Shown: piece after piece, positions 14,701 to 28,849 of the stretch
How the letters are laid out: each line of letters opens with the position of its first letter
How positions within the stretch are numbered: the stretch's first letter is position 1
NCBI GenBank assembly: GCA_964016885.1
Contig: OZ024755.1
Coordinates: forward strand, 44,702,001 to 44,766,000
Length of the DNA stretch: 64,000 nucleotides
DNA from: Eledone cirrhosa
Lineage: Eukaryota
Direction of reading: 5' to 3'
Program-made: the position numbers and the translations under genes
Notes under the pieces: generated by a model
Told to the model about the DNA's origin: nothing
Seen by the model: only the letters and a program-made list of their open reading frames with translations
Databases searched by the model: none

Positions 14701-17420
14701 TGTCAGTACCAACATATACAGTGTACCACAGTTGCCAATACCAACATATACTGCGTACCACAGTTGACAGTACCAACATATACTGTGTACCATAGTTGAC
14801 AGTACCAACGTATACTGCGTACCACAGTTGACAGTACCAATATATACTCTGTACCACAGTTGACAGTACCAACATATACTGTGTACCATAGTTGACAGTA
14901 TCAACGTATATGTGTACCACTGTTGTCAGTACTAACATATGCCGTGTACCACAGTTGACAGTACCAACATATACTGTGTACCACAGTTGACAGTACCGAC
15001 ATATCCTGTGTACCTCAGTTGACAGTACCAACATGTACTGTGTACCACATTTCATAGTACCAACATATACTTGTACCACAGTTGACAGTACCAACGTATA
15101 CTCTGTACCACAGTTGACAGTACCAACATATACTGTGTCCCACAGTTGACAGTACCAACATATAGTGTGTACCACAGTTGACAGTACTAACATATACTGT
15201 GTACCACAGTTGACAGTACCAATATATTCTGTGTACCACAGTTGACAGTACCATCATATACTGTGTACCACAGTTGACAGTACTAACAGATACTGTGTAC
15301 CACAGTTGACAGTACCCACATATACTGGGTAGCACAGTTGACAGTACCAATGTATACTGTGTACCAGAGTTGACAGTACCAACATATACTGTGTAGCACA
15401 GTTGACAGTACCCACACATACTGGGTACCACAGTTGACAGTACCCACGTATACTGTGTACCACAGTTGACAGTACCAACATATAATATGTACCAGAGTTG
15501 AAAGTACCAACGTATACTGTGTACCACTGTTGACAGAACCAACATATACTGTGTACCACAGTTGACAGAACCAACATATACTGTGTACCACAGTTGATAG
15601 TACCAACATATAACGTGTACCACAGTTGAGAGTACCAACATATAATGTGTACCACAGTTGACAGTACCAAAATATATTGTGTACCACTGTTGACAGTACC
15701 AACGTATACTGTGTACCACATTTAACAGTACCAACATATAATTTGTACCACAGTTGACAGTACCAACGTATACTGTGTACCACTGTTGACAGTACCAACA
15801 TATACAGTGTACCACAGTTGACGGGACCAACATATACTGTGTAACATAGTTGACAGTACCAACGTATACTGTGTACCACATTTGACAGTACCAACATATA
15901 CCGTGTACCACGGTTGATAGTACCAATACATACTGTGTACCATAGTTTACAGTACCAACGTATACTCTGTACCACATTTGAGAGTACCAACATATACCGT
16001 GTACCACAGTTGACAGTACCAATATATACTGTGTTCCACAGTGGACAGTACCAACATATACTGTGTACCACAGTTGAAAGTACCAACGTATACTGTGTAC
16101 CACAGTTGACAGTACCAACATATACTGTGTACCACAGTTGACAGTACCAACATATACTGTGTACCACAGTTGACAGTACCAACGTATACTGTGTACCACA
16201 TTTGACAGTACCAACATATACTGTGTACCACAGTTGACAGTACCAACATATAGTGTGTACCACAGTTGGCAATACCAACATATACTGTGTACCACAGTTG
16301 ACAGTACCAACATATACTGTGTACCACAGTTGAGAGTACCAACATATATTGTGTACCACGGTTGACAGTACCAACATATAATGGGTGCCACTGTTGACAG
16401 TCCCAACATATACTGTGTACCACAGTTGACAATACCAACGTATACTGTGTACCACAGTTGACAGTACCAACATATACTGTGTACCACAGTTGACAGTACC
16501 AACGTATACTGTGTACCACAGTTGACAGTACTAACATATACTGTGTACCAGAGTTGACAGTACCAACATATACTGTGTACCAGAGTTGACAGTACTAACA
16601 TATACTGTGTACCACAGTTGAAAATACCAACATATATTGGATACCTCAGTTGACAGTACCAACATTTACTGTGTACCACTGTTGACAGTACCAACGTATA
16701 CTGTGTACCATTGTTGACAGTACCAACATATACGGTATAACACAGTTGACAGAACCAACATATACTGTGTACCACAGTTGACAGTACCAACATATACTGT
16801 GTACCATAGTTGACAGTACCAACGTATACTGTGTACCACAGTTGACAGTAACAACGTATACTGTGTACCACAGTTGACAGTACCAACGTATAATGTGTAC
16901 TACAGTTGAATGTACCAACGTATACTGTGTACCACAGTTGACAGTACCAACATATACTGTGTACCACATTTGACAGTACCAACATATACCGTGTACCACA
17001 TTTGACAGTACAAACATATACTGTGTACCACAGTTGACAGTACCAACATATACCGTAGTACCACATTTGAGAGTACCAACATATACTGTGTACCACAGTT
17101 GACAGTACCAACATATACTGTGTACCACTGTTGACAGTACCAACGTATATTGTGTACCACAGTTAACAGTACCAACATATAATGTGTACCACAGTTGACA
17201 GTACCAACGTATACTGTGTATCACTGTTGACAGTACCAACATATAGTGTGTACCACAGATGACAGTACCAACGGATACTGTGTACCACATTTGACAGTAC
17301 CAACATATACTGTGTACCACAGCTGGCAGTACCAACATATACCGTATAACACAGTTGACAGTACCCACATATACTGGATACCACAGTTGACAATACCATC
17401 ATATACTGTGTACCACAGTT
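5790..17420. repeat. Tandem segmental duplication of ~5.8 kb (~5790-11660 repeated at ~11645-17420)
   Basis: Rare variants recur in the same order, e.g. tgactacc at 6144/11999 and caataccatc at 11631/17391. The ORF track repeats at offsets 5855, 5823, 5824, 5953 and 5760 (6147/12002, 6607/12430, 7637/13461, 8951/14904, 9494/15254). Confidence 0.92.
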
Positions 17421-17906
17421 GACACTACCAACATAAACTGTGTACCACAGTTGGCAGTACCAACATATATTGTGTACCACAGATGAAAGTACCAACGTAT
17501 ACTGTGTACCACAGTTGACAGTACAAAGATATACTGTGTACCACAGTTGACAGTACCAACATATACTGTGTACCACAGTTGACAGTACCAACGTATACTG
17601 TGTACCACAGTTGACAGTACCAACATATACTGTGTACCACAGTTGACAGTACCAACATATACTGTGTACCACAGTTGGCAGTACCAACATATACTGTGTA
17701 CCACAGTTGACAGTACCAACATATATTGTGTACCACAGTTGACAGTACCAACATATACTTGGTGCCACTGTTCACAGTACCAACATATACTGTTTACCAC
17801 AGTTGACAGTACAAACATATACTGTGTACCAGAGTTGACAGTACCAACATATACTGTGTACCAGAGTTGACAGTACTAACATATACTGTGTACCAGAGTT
17901 GACAGT

Positions 17907-18905
17907 ACCAATATATACTGTGTACCACAGTTGACAGTACCAACTTATACTGTGTACCACAGTTGACAGTACTAATATATACTATGTACCAAAGTTGAGA
18001 GTACCAACATATACTGTGTACCACAGTTGACAGAACTAACATATACTGTGTACCACAGTTGACAGTATCCACGTATGTGTACCACAGTTGACAGTATCAA
18101 CGTATATCTGTACCACATATTGACAGTACCAACATATACTGTGTACCACAGTTGACAGTACCGACGTATACTGTGTACCACAGTTGACAGTACCAACGTA
18201 TACTGTGTACCACAGTTGACAGTACCAACATATACTGTGTACCACAGTTGACATTACCAAGGTATACTGTGTACAAACAGTGGACAGTACCAATATATAT
18301 GTGTACAACATATTGACAGTACCAACATATACTGTGTACCACAGTTGACAGTACCAACATATACTGTGTACTACAGTTGACAGTACCAACATATACTGTG
18401 TACCACAGTTGACAGTACCAACGTATACTGTGTACCACAGTTGACAGTACCAACATATACTGTGTACCACAGTTGACAGTACCAACATATACTGTGTACC
18501 ACAGTTGGCAGTACCAACATATACTGTGTACCACAGTTGAGAGTACCAACATATACTGTGTACCACAGTTGACAGTACCAACATATATTGTGTACCACAG
18601 TTGACATTACCAACATATACTGGGTGCCACTGTTCACAGTACCAACATATACTGTGTACCACAGTTGACAATACCAACGTATTCTGTGTACCACAGTTGA
18701 CAATACCATCATATAGGGTGTACCACAGTTGACAGTACCAACATATACTGTGTACCACATTTGACAGTACCATCATATACTGACTACCACAGTTGACAGT
18801 ACCAACGTATAATGTGTACCAGCGTTAACAGTACCAACATATACTGTGTACCACTGTTGACAGTACCAACATATACTGTGTACCAGAGTGGACAGTACCA
18901 ACATA
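17907..18905. repeat. ~1-kb near-identical copy of ~5270-6268 (offset 12,637)
   Basis: ORFs 5335..5559 and 5399..6139 recur identically at 17972..18196 and 18036..18776. Both copies carry the rare variant gtacaaacagtggacag. Confidence 0.9.
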
Positions 18906-21900
18906 TACTATGTACCATAGTTGACAGTACCAACGTCTACTGTATACCACAGTTGACAGTACCAACATATACCGTGTACCACAGTTGACAGTACCAACAT
19001 ATACTGTGTACCACATTTGACAGTACCAACATATAACGTGTACCACATTTGACAGTACCAACGTATACTGTGTACCGCAGTTGACAGTACCAACATATAC
19101 TGTGTACCACCGTTGACAGTACCAACATATACTGTGTATCAAAGTTGACAGTACCAACATATACCGTGTTACCACAGTTGAGAGTACCAACATATACTGT
19201 GTACCAAATTTGACAGTACCAACATATACTGTGTACCACTGTTGACAGTACCAACGTATACTGTGTACCACATTTAACAGTACCAACATATACTGTGTAC
19301 CACAGTTATCAGTACCAACGTATACTGTGTACCACTGTTGACAGTACCAACATATACAGTGTACCACAGTTGACAGTACTAACATATACTGTGTACCATA
19401 GTTGACAGTACCAATGTATACTGCGTACCACAGTTGACAGTACCAACATATACTGTGTACCACAGTTGACAGTACCAACATATACTGTGTACCATAGTTG
19501 AGAGTATCAACGTATATGTGTACCACTGTTGTCAGTACTAACATATGCTGTTTACCACAGTTGACAGTACCAACATATACTGTGTACCACAGTTGACAGT
19601 ACCAACATATCCTGTGTACCTCAGTTGACAGTACCAACATATACTGTGTACCACAGTTGACCGTACCAACATATACTATGTACCACAGTTGACAGTACCA
19701 ACGTATACTGTGTACCTCAGTTGACAGTACCAACATATACTGTGTCCCACAGTTGACAGTACCAACATATACTGTGTACCACAGTTGACAGTACCAACAT
19801 ATACTGTGTACCACAGTTGACAGTACCAACATATACTGTGTACCATAGTTGACAGTACCAACGTATACAGTGTACCACATTTGACAGTACCAACATATAC
19901 CATGTACCACAGTTGACTGTACCAACATATACTGTGTACCACAGTTGACAGTACCAACATATATTGTGTACCATAGTTGACAGTACCAACGTATACTGTG
20001 TACCACAGTTAACAGTACCAACATATACTGTGTACCACAGTTGACAGTACCAACATATACTGTGTACCATAGTTGACAGTACCAACGTATACTGTGTACC
20101 ATAGTTGACAGTACCAACATATATTGTGTCCCACAGTTGACAGTACCAACATATACTGTGTACCACAGTTGACAGTACCAACATATACTGTGTACCACAG
20201 TTGACATTACCAACATATACTGTGTACCATAGTTGACAGTACCAACGTATACTGTGTACCACAGTTGACAGTAGCAACATAAACAGTGTACCACAGTTGA
20301 CAGTACCAACATATAATGTGTACCACAGTTGACAGTACCAACATATATTGTGTACCATAGTTGACAGTACCAACGTATACTGTGTACCACAGTTAACAGT
20401 ACCAACATATACTGTGTACCACAGTTGACAGTACCAAAATATACTGTGTACCATAGTTGACAGTACCAACGTATACTGTGTACCACAGTTGACAGTACCA
20501 AAATATACCGTCTACCACAGTTGACAGTACCAACATATACTGTGTACCAGATTTGACAGTACCAACATGTACTGTGTACCACAGTCGACAGTACCAACAT
20601 ATACCGTGTACCACGGTTGACAGTACCAACTTATACTGTGTACCACAGTTGACAGTACCAATATATAATGTGTACCACCGTTGAGAGTACCAACATATAC
20701 TGTGTATCACAGTTGACAGTACCAACATATACCGTGTTACCACAGTTGAGAGTACCAACATATACTGTGTACCACAGTTGACAGTACCAACATATAATGT
20801 GTACCACTGTTGACAGTACCAACGTATACTGTGTACCACATTTAACAGTAACAACATATACAGTGTACCACAGTTATCAGTACCAACGTACACTGTGTAC
20901 CACTGTTGACAGTACCAACATATGCAGTGTACCACAGTTGACAGTACCAACATATACTGTGTACCACAGTTGAAAGTACCAAGGTATACACTGTACCACA
21001 GTTGAGAGTACCAACTTATACTGTGTACCACAGTTGACAGTACTAATATATACTGTGTACCACAGTTGACAGTACTAACATATACTGTGTACCACAGTTG
21101 ACAGTACCAACGTATACTGTGTACCACAGTTGACAGTACCAACGTATATGTGTACCACTGTTGACAGTACTAACGTATACTGTGTACCACAGTTAAGAGT
21201 ACCAACATATACTGTGTACCACAGTTGACAGTACCAACGTATACTGTGTACCACTGTTGACAGTACCAACATATACAGTGTACCACAGTTGACAGTACCA
21301 ACATATACTGTGTACCACAGTTGAGAGTACCAACTTATACTGTGTACCATAGTTGACAGTACCAACGTATAATGTGTACCGCATTTGACAGTACCAACAT
21401 ATACTGTGTACCATATATGACAGTACCAACGTATACTGTGTACCTCAGTTGACAGTACCAACATATACCGTGTACCACAGTTGACAGTACCAACATATAC
21501 TGTGTACCAGAGTTGACAGTACCAACATATACTGTTTACCACTGTTGACAGTACCAACATATACTGTGTACCACAGTTGACAGTACCAACGTATACTGTG
21601 TACCACAGTTGAGAGTACCAACATATACCGTGTACCACAGTTGACATTACCAACATATACTGTGTACCATAGTTGACAGTACCAACGTATACTGCGTACC
21701 ACAGTTGACAGTACCAACATATACTGTGTACCACAGTTGACAGTATCAACGTATATCTGTACCACATATTGACAGTACCAACATATACTGTGTACCACAG
21801 TTGACAGTACCAACATATATTGTGTACCATAGTTGACAGTAGCAACGTATACTGTGTACCACAGTTGACAGTACCAACATATACTGTGTACCACAGTTGA

Positions 21901-24900
21901 CAGTACCAACATATACTGTGTACCATAGTTGACAGTACCAACGTATACTGTGTACCACAGTTGACAGTACCAAAATATACCGTCTACCACAGTTGACAGT
22001 ACCAACATATACTGTGTACCAGATTTGACAGTACCAACATATACTGTGAACCACAGTCGACAGTACCAACATATACCGTGTACCACAGTTGACAGTACCA
22101 ACTTATACTGTGTACCACAGTTGACAGTACCAACATATAATGTGTAGCACCGTTGACAGTACCAACATATACTGTGTATCACAGTTGACAGTACCAACAT
22201 ATACTGTTTTACCACAGTTGAGAGTAACAACATATACTGTGTACCACAGTTGACAGTACCAACATATAATGTGTACCACTGTTGACAGTACCAACGTATA
22301 CTGTGTACCACATTTAACAGTAACAACATATACAGTGTACCACAGTTATCAGTACCAACGTTCACTGTGTACCACTGTTGACAGTACCAACATAAACTGT
22401 GTACCACAGTTGACAGTACCAACATATACTGTGTACCACAGTTGACAGTACCAACGTATACTGTGTACCACAGTTGAGAGTACCAACTTATACTGTGTAC
22501 CACTGTTGACAGTACTAACGTATACTGTGTACCACAGTTAAGAGTACCAACATATACTGTGTACCACAGTTGACAGTACCAACGTATACTGTGTACCACT
22601 GTTGACAGTACCAACATATACAGTGTACCACAGTTGACAGTACCAACATATCCTGTGTACCACAGTTGACAGTACCAACTTATACTGTGTACCATAGTTG
22701 ACAGTACCAACGTATACTGTGTACCGCAGTGTACAGTACCAACATATACTGTGTACCATATATGACAGTACCAACGTATACTGTTTACCTCAGTTGACAG
22801 TACCGACATATACCGTGTACCACAGTTGACAGTACCAACATATACTGTGTACCAGAGTTGACAGTACCAACATATACTGTTTACCACTGTTGACAGTACC
22901 AACATATACTGTGTACCACAGTTGACAGTACCGACGTATACTGTGCACCACAGTTGAGAGTACCAACATATACCGTGTACCACAGTTGACATTACCAACA
23001 TATACTGTGTACCATAGTTGACAGTACCAACATATACTGTGTACCATAGTTGACAGTATCAACGTATATGTGTAGCATTGTTGTCAGTAATAACATATGC
23101 TGTGTACCACAGTTGACAGTACCGACATATCCTGTGTACATCAGTTGACAGTACCAACATATACTGTGTACCACAGTTGATAGTACCACCATATACTGTG
23201 TCCCACAGTTGACAGTACCAACATATACTGTGTACCACAGTTGACAGTACCAACGTATACTGTGTACCACAGTTGACAGTACCAACTTATAATGTGTACC
23301 ACAGTTGACAGCACTAATATATAATGTGTCCCAGAGTTGAGAGTACCAACATATACTGTGTACCACAGTTGACAGTACTAACATATACTGTGTACCACAG
23401 TTGACAGTATCCACGTATGTGTACCACAGTTGACAGTATCAATGTATATCTGTACCACATATTGACAGTACCAACATATACTGTGTACCACAGTTGACAG
23501 TACCAACGTATACTGTGTACCACAGTTGACAGTACCAACGTATACTCTGTACCATAGTTGACAGTACCAACATATACTGTGTACCACAGTTAACAGTACC
23601 AACGTATACTGTGTACCACAGTTGACAGTACCAACGTATATGTGTACAACATATTGACAGTACCAACATATACTGTGTACCACAGTTGACAGTACCAACA
23701 TATACTGTGTACCACAGTTGACAGTACCAACATATACTGTGTACCACAGTTGACAGTACGAACATATACTGTGTACCACAATTGACAGTACTAACATATA
23801 CTGTGTAACACAGTTGAGCGTACCAATATATACTGTGTACCTCAGTTGACAATATCAACATATACTGTGTACCACAGTTGACAGTACCAAAATAAACTTA
23901 TATGTGTACAACATATTGACAGTACCAACATATACAGTGTACCAACATATACTGTGTACCACAGTTGAGAGTACCAACATATACTGTGTATCACAGTTGA
24001 CAGTACCAACATATACCGTGTACCACAGTTGACAGTACCAAGGTATACTGTGTACCACAGTTGACAGTACCAACGTATACTGTGTACCACAGTGGACAGT
24101 ACCAACGTATATGTGTACAACATATTGACAGTAGCAACATATACAGTATACCAACATATACTGTGTACCACAGTTGAGAGTACCAACACATACTGTGTAT
24201 CACAGTTGACAGTACCAACATATACCGTGTACCACAGTTGAGAGTACCAACATATACTGTGTATCACAGTTGACAGTACCAACATATACTGTGTACCACT
24301 GTTGACAGTACCAACGTATACTGTGTACCACAGTTAACAGTACCAACGTATACTGTGTACCACAGTTGACAGTAGCAACATATACAGTGTACCACAGTTG
24401 ACAATACCAACATATACTGTGTACCACAGTTGACAGTACCAACATATATTGTGTACCATAGTTGACAGTACCAACGTATACTGTGTACCACAGTTGACAG
24501 TACCAACATATACTGTGTACCACAGTTGACAGTACCAGCATATACTGTGTACCATAGTTGACAGTACCAAAATATACCGTCTACCACAGTTGACAGTACC
24601 AACATATACTGTGTACCACAGTCGACAGTACCAACATATACCGTGTACCACAGTTGACAGTACCAACTTATACTGTGTACCACAGTTGACAGTACCAACA
24701 TATAATGTGTACCACCGTTGACAGTACCAACATATACTGTGTACCACAGTTGACAGTACCATCATATACTGTATACCACAGTTGACAGTACCAACATATA
24801 CTGTGTACCATAGTTGACTGTACTAACATATACTGTGTACCACAGTTGACAGTACCAACATATACTGTGTAGCTCAGTTTACAATATCAACATATACGGT

Positions 24901-27900
24901 GTACCACAGTTGACAGTACCAACAGATACTGTGTACCACAGTTGACAGTACCAACATATACCGTGTACCACAGTTGAGAGTACCAACATATACTGTGTAT
25001 CACAGTTGACAGTACCAACATATACCGTGTACCACAGTTGAGAGTACCAACATATACTGTGTACCACAGTTGACAGTACCAACATATACTGTGTACCACT
25101 GTTGACAGTACCAACGTATACTGTGTACCACAGTTAACAGTACCAACATATACTGTGTACCACACTTGACAGTACCAACGTATACTATGTACCATAGTTG
25201 ACAATACCAACGTATACTGTGTACCACAGTTGAGAGTACCAACTTATACCATGTACCACAGTTGACAGAACCTACATATACCGTGTACCACAGTTGACAG
25301 TACCAACATATACTTTGTACCACAGTTGACAGTACCAACATATACCGTGTACCACATTTGACAGTACCAACGTATACTGTGTACCACAGTTGACAGTACC
25401 AACATATACTGTGTACCACCGTTGACAGTACCAACATATACTGTGTATCACAGTTGACAGTACCAACATATACCGTGTTACCACATTTGAGAGTACCAAC
25501 ATTTACTGGGTAACGCAGTTGACATTACCAACATATATTGTGTACCACTGTTGACAGTACCAACGTATACTGTGTACCACATTTAACAGTACCAACATAT
25601 ACTGTGTACCACCGTTATCAGTACCAACGTATACAGTGTACCACTGTTGACAGTACCAACATATACAGTGTACCACATTTGACAGTACCAACATATAATG
25701 TGTATCATAGTTGACAGTACCAACGTATACTGCGTACCACAGTTGACAGTACCAACATATACTGTGTACCACAGTTGACAGTACCAACATATACCGTGCA
25801 CCATAGTTGACAGTATCAACGTATATGTGTACCACTGTTGTCAGTACTAACATATGCTGTTTACCACAGTTGACAGTACCAACATATACTGTGTACCACA
25901 GTTGACAGAACCAACATATACTGTGTACCACAGTTGACAGTACCAACGTATACTGTGTACCATAGTTGACAGTACCAACATATACTGTGTACCACAGTTG
26001 ACAGTACCAACATATACTGTGTACCACAGTTGACAGTACCAACATATACTGTGTACCATAGTTGACAGTACCAACGTATACTGTGTACGACATTTGACAG
26101 TACCAACATATACCGTGTACCACAGTTGACTGTACCGACATATTCTGTGTAGCACAGTTGACAGTACCAACATATACTGTGTACTACAGTTGACAGTACT
26201 AACATATACTGTGTACCACAGTTGACAGTACCAACATATACTGTGTACCACAGTTGACAGTACCAACGTATACTGTGTACCACAGTTGACAGTACCAACA
26301 TATATGGTGTACCACAGTTAACAGTACCAACATATACTGTATACCACAGTTGACAGTACCAACGTATACGGCGTACCACAGTTGATAGTACCAACATATA
26401 CTCTGTACCACAGTTGACAGTACCAACATATACTGTGTACCACAGTTGACAGTACCAACATATACCGTGTACCACGGTTGACTGTACCACCAACATATAC
26501 TGTGTACCACAGTTGACTGTACCATCATATACTGTGTACCACAGTTGACAGGACCAACATATTCTGTGTACCACAGTTTAGAGTACTAACATATAATGTG
26601 TACCATAGTTGACAGTACCAACGTATACTGTGTACCACAGTTGACAGTACCAACATATACCGTGTACCACAGTTGACAGTACCTACATATACTGTGTACC
26701 AGAGTTGACAGTACCAACATATACTGTGTACCACAGTTGACAGTAGCAAAATATACCGTGTACCACAGTTGACATTACCAACATATACTGTGTACCACAG
26801 TTGACAGTAGCAACATATATTGTGTATCACAGTTGACAGTACCAACATATACCGTGTACAACAGTTGACAATACCAACGTATACTGTGTACCATAGTTGA
26901 CAGTACCAACGTATACTGTGTAACACATTTGACAATACCATCATATAGGGTGTACCACAGTTGACAGTACCAACGTATACTGTGTACCACAGTTGACAGT
27001 ACCATCATATCCTGTGTACCACAGTTGACAGTACTAACATATACTGTGTACCAGAGTTGACAGTACCAACATATACTGGGTACCACAGTTGACAGTACCA
27101 ACATATACTGTGTACCAGTGTTGACAGAACCAACGTACACTGTGTACCACAGTTAACAGTAGCAACATATACAGTGTAACACAGTTGACAGTACCAACAT
27201 ATACTGTATACCACAGTTGACAGTACCAACATATACTGTGTACCATAGTTGACAGTACCAACGTATACTGTGTACCACAGTTGAGAGTACCAACATTTAC
27301 TGTGTACCATAATTGACAGTACCAACGTATTCTGTGTACCACAGTTGACAGTACCAACGTATACTGTGTACCACAGTTGACAGTACCAACTTATAATGTG
27401 TACCACAGTTGACAGTACTAATATATACTGTGTACCACAGTTGACAGTACCAACATATACTGTGTACCACAGTTGACAGTACTAACATATACTGTGTACC
27501 ACAGTTGACAGTACCAACTTATACTGTGTACCACAGTTGACAGTACCAACATATACTGTGTACCACAGTGGACAGTACCAACGGATACTGTGTACCACAG
27601 TTGACAGTACCAACTTATACTGTGTACCACAGTTGACAGTACCAACTTATACTGTGTACCACAGTTGACAGTACTAATATATACTGTGTACCACAGTTGA
27701 CAGTACCAACTTATACTGTGTACCAGAGTTGACAGTACCAACATATACTGTGTACCACAGTTGACAGTACCAACGTATACTGTGTACCACAGTTGACAGT
27801 ACCAACGTATACTGTGTACCACAGTTGACAGTACCAACATATACTGTGTACAACAGTTGACAGTACCAACGTATACTTTGTACCACTGTTGACAGTACCA

Positions 27901-28849
27901 ACGTATACTGTGTACCACAGTTGACAGTACCAACGTATACTGTGTACCACAGTTGACAGTACCAACATATACTGTGTACAACAGTTGACAGTACCAACGT
28001 ATACTGTGTACCACAGTGGACAGTACCAACGTATATGTGTACAACATATTGACAGTACCAACATATACTGTGCACCACAGTTGAGAGTACCAACATATAC
28101 TGTGTACCACAGTTGACAGTACCATCATATACTGTGTACCACAGTTGACAGTACCAACATATACTGTGTACCACAGTTGACAGTACTAACATATACTGTG
28201 TACCACAGTTGACAGTACCAACATATACTGTGTACCTCAGTTGACAATGTCAACATATACTGTGTACCACAGTTGACAGTACCAACATATACTGTGTACC
28301 AGAGTTGAGAGTACCAACATATACCGTGTACCACAGTTGATTGTACCAACATATAGTGTGTACCACAGTTGACAGTACCAACATATACTGTGTACCAGTG
28401 TTGACAGTACCAACGTATACTGTGTACCACAGTTAACAGTATCAACATATACTGTGTACCACAGTTGACAGTACCAACGTATACTGTGTACCACTGTTGA
28501 CAGTACCAACATATACAGTGTACCACAGTTGACAGTACCAACATATACGGTGTACCACAGTTGACAGTACCAACATATACTGTTACCATAGTTGACAGTA
28601 CCAACGTATACAGTGTACCACAGTTGACAGTACCAACATATACTGTGTACCACAGTTGACAGTACCAACATATACTATGTACCATAGTTGACAGTACCAA
28701 CGTCTACTGTATACCACAGTTGACAGTACCAACATATACCGTGTACCACAGTTGAGAGTACCAACATATACTGTGTACCAAATTTGACAGTACCAACATA
28801 TACTGTGTACCACTGTTGACAGTACCAACGTATACTGTGTACCACATTT

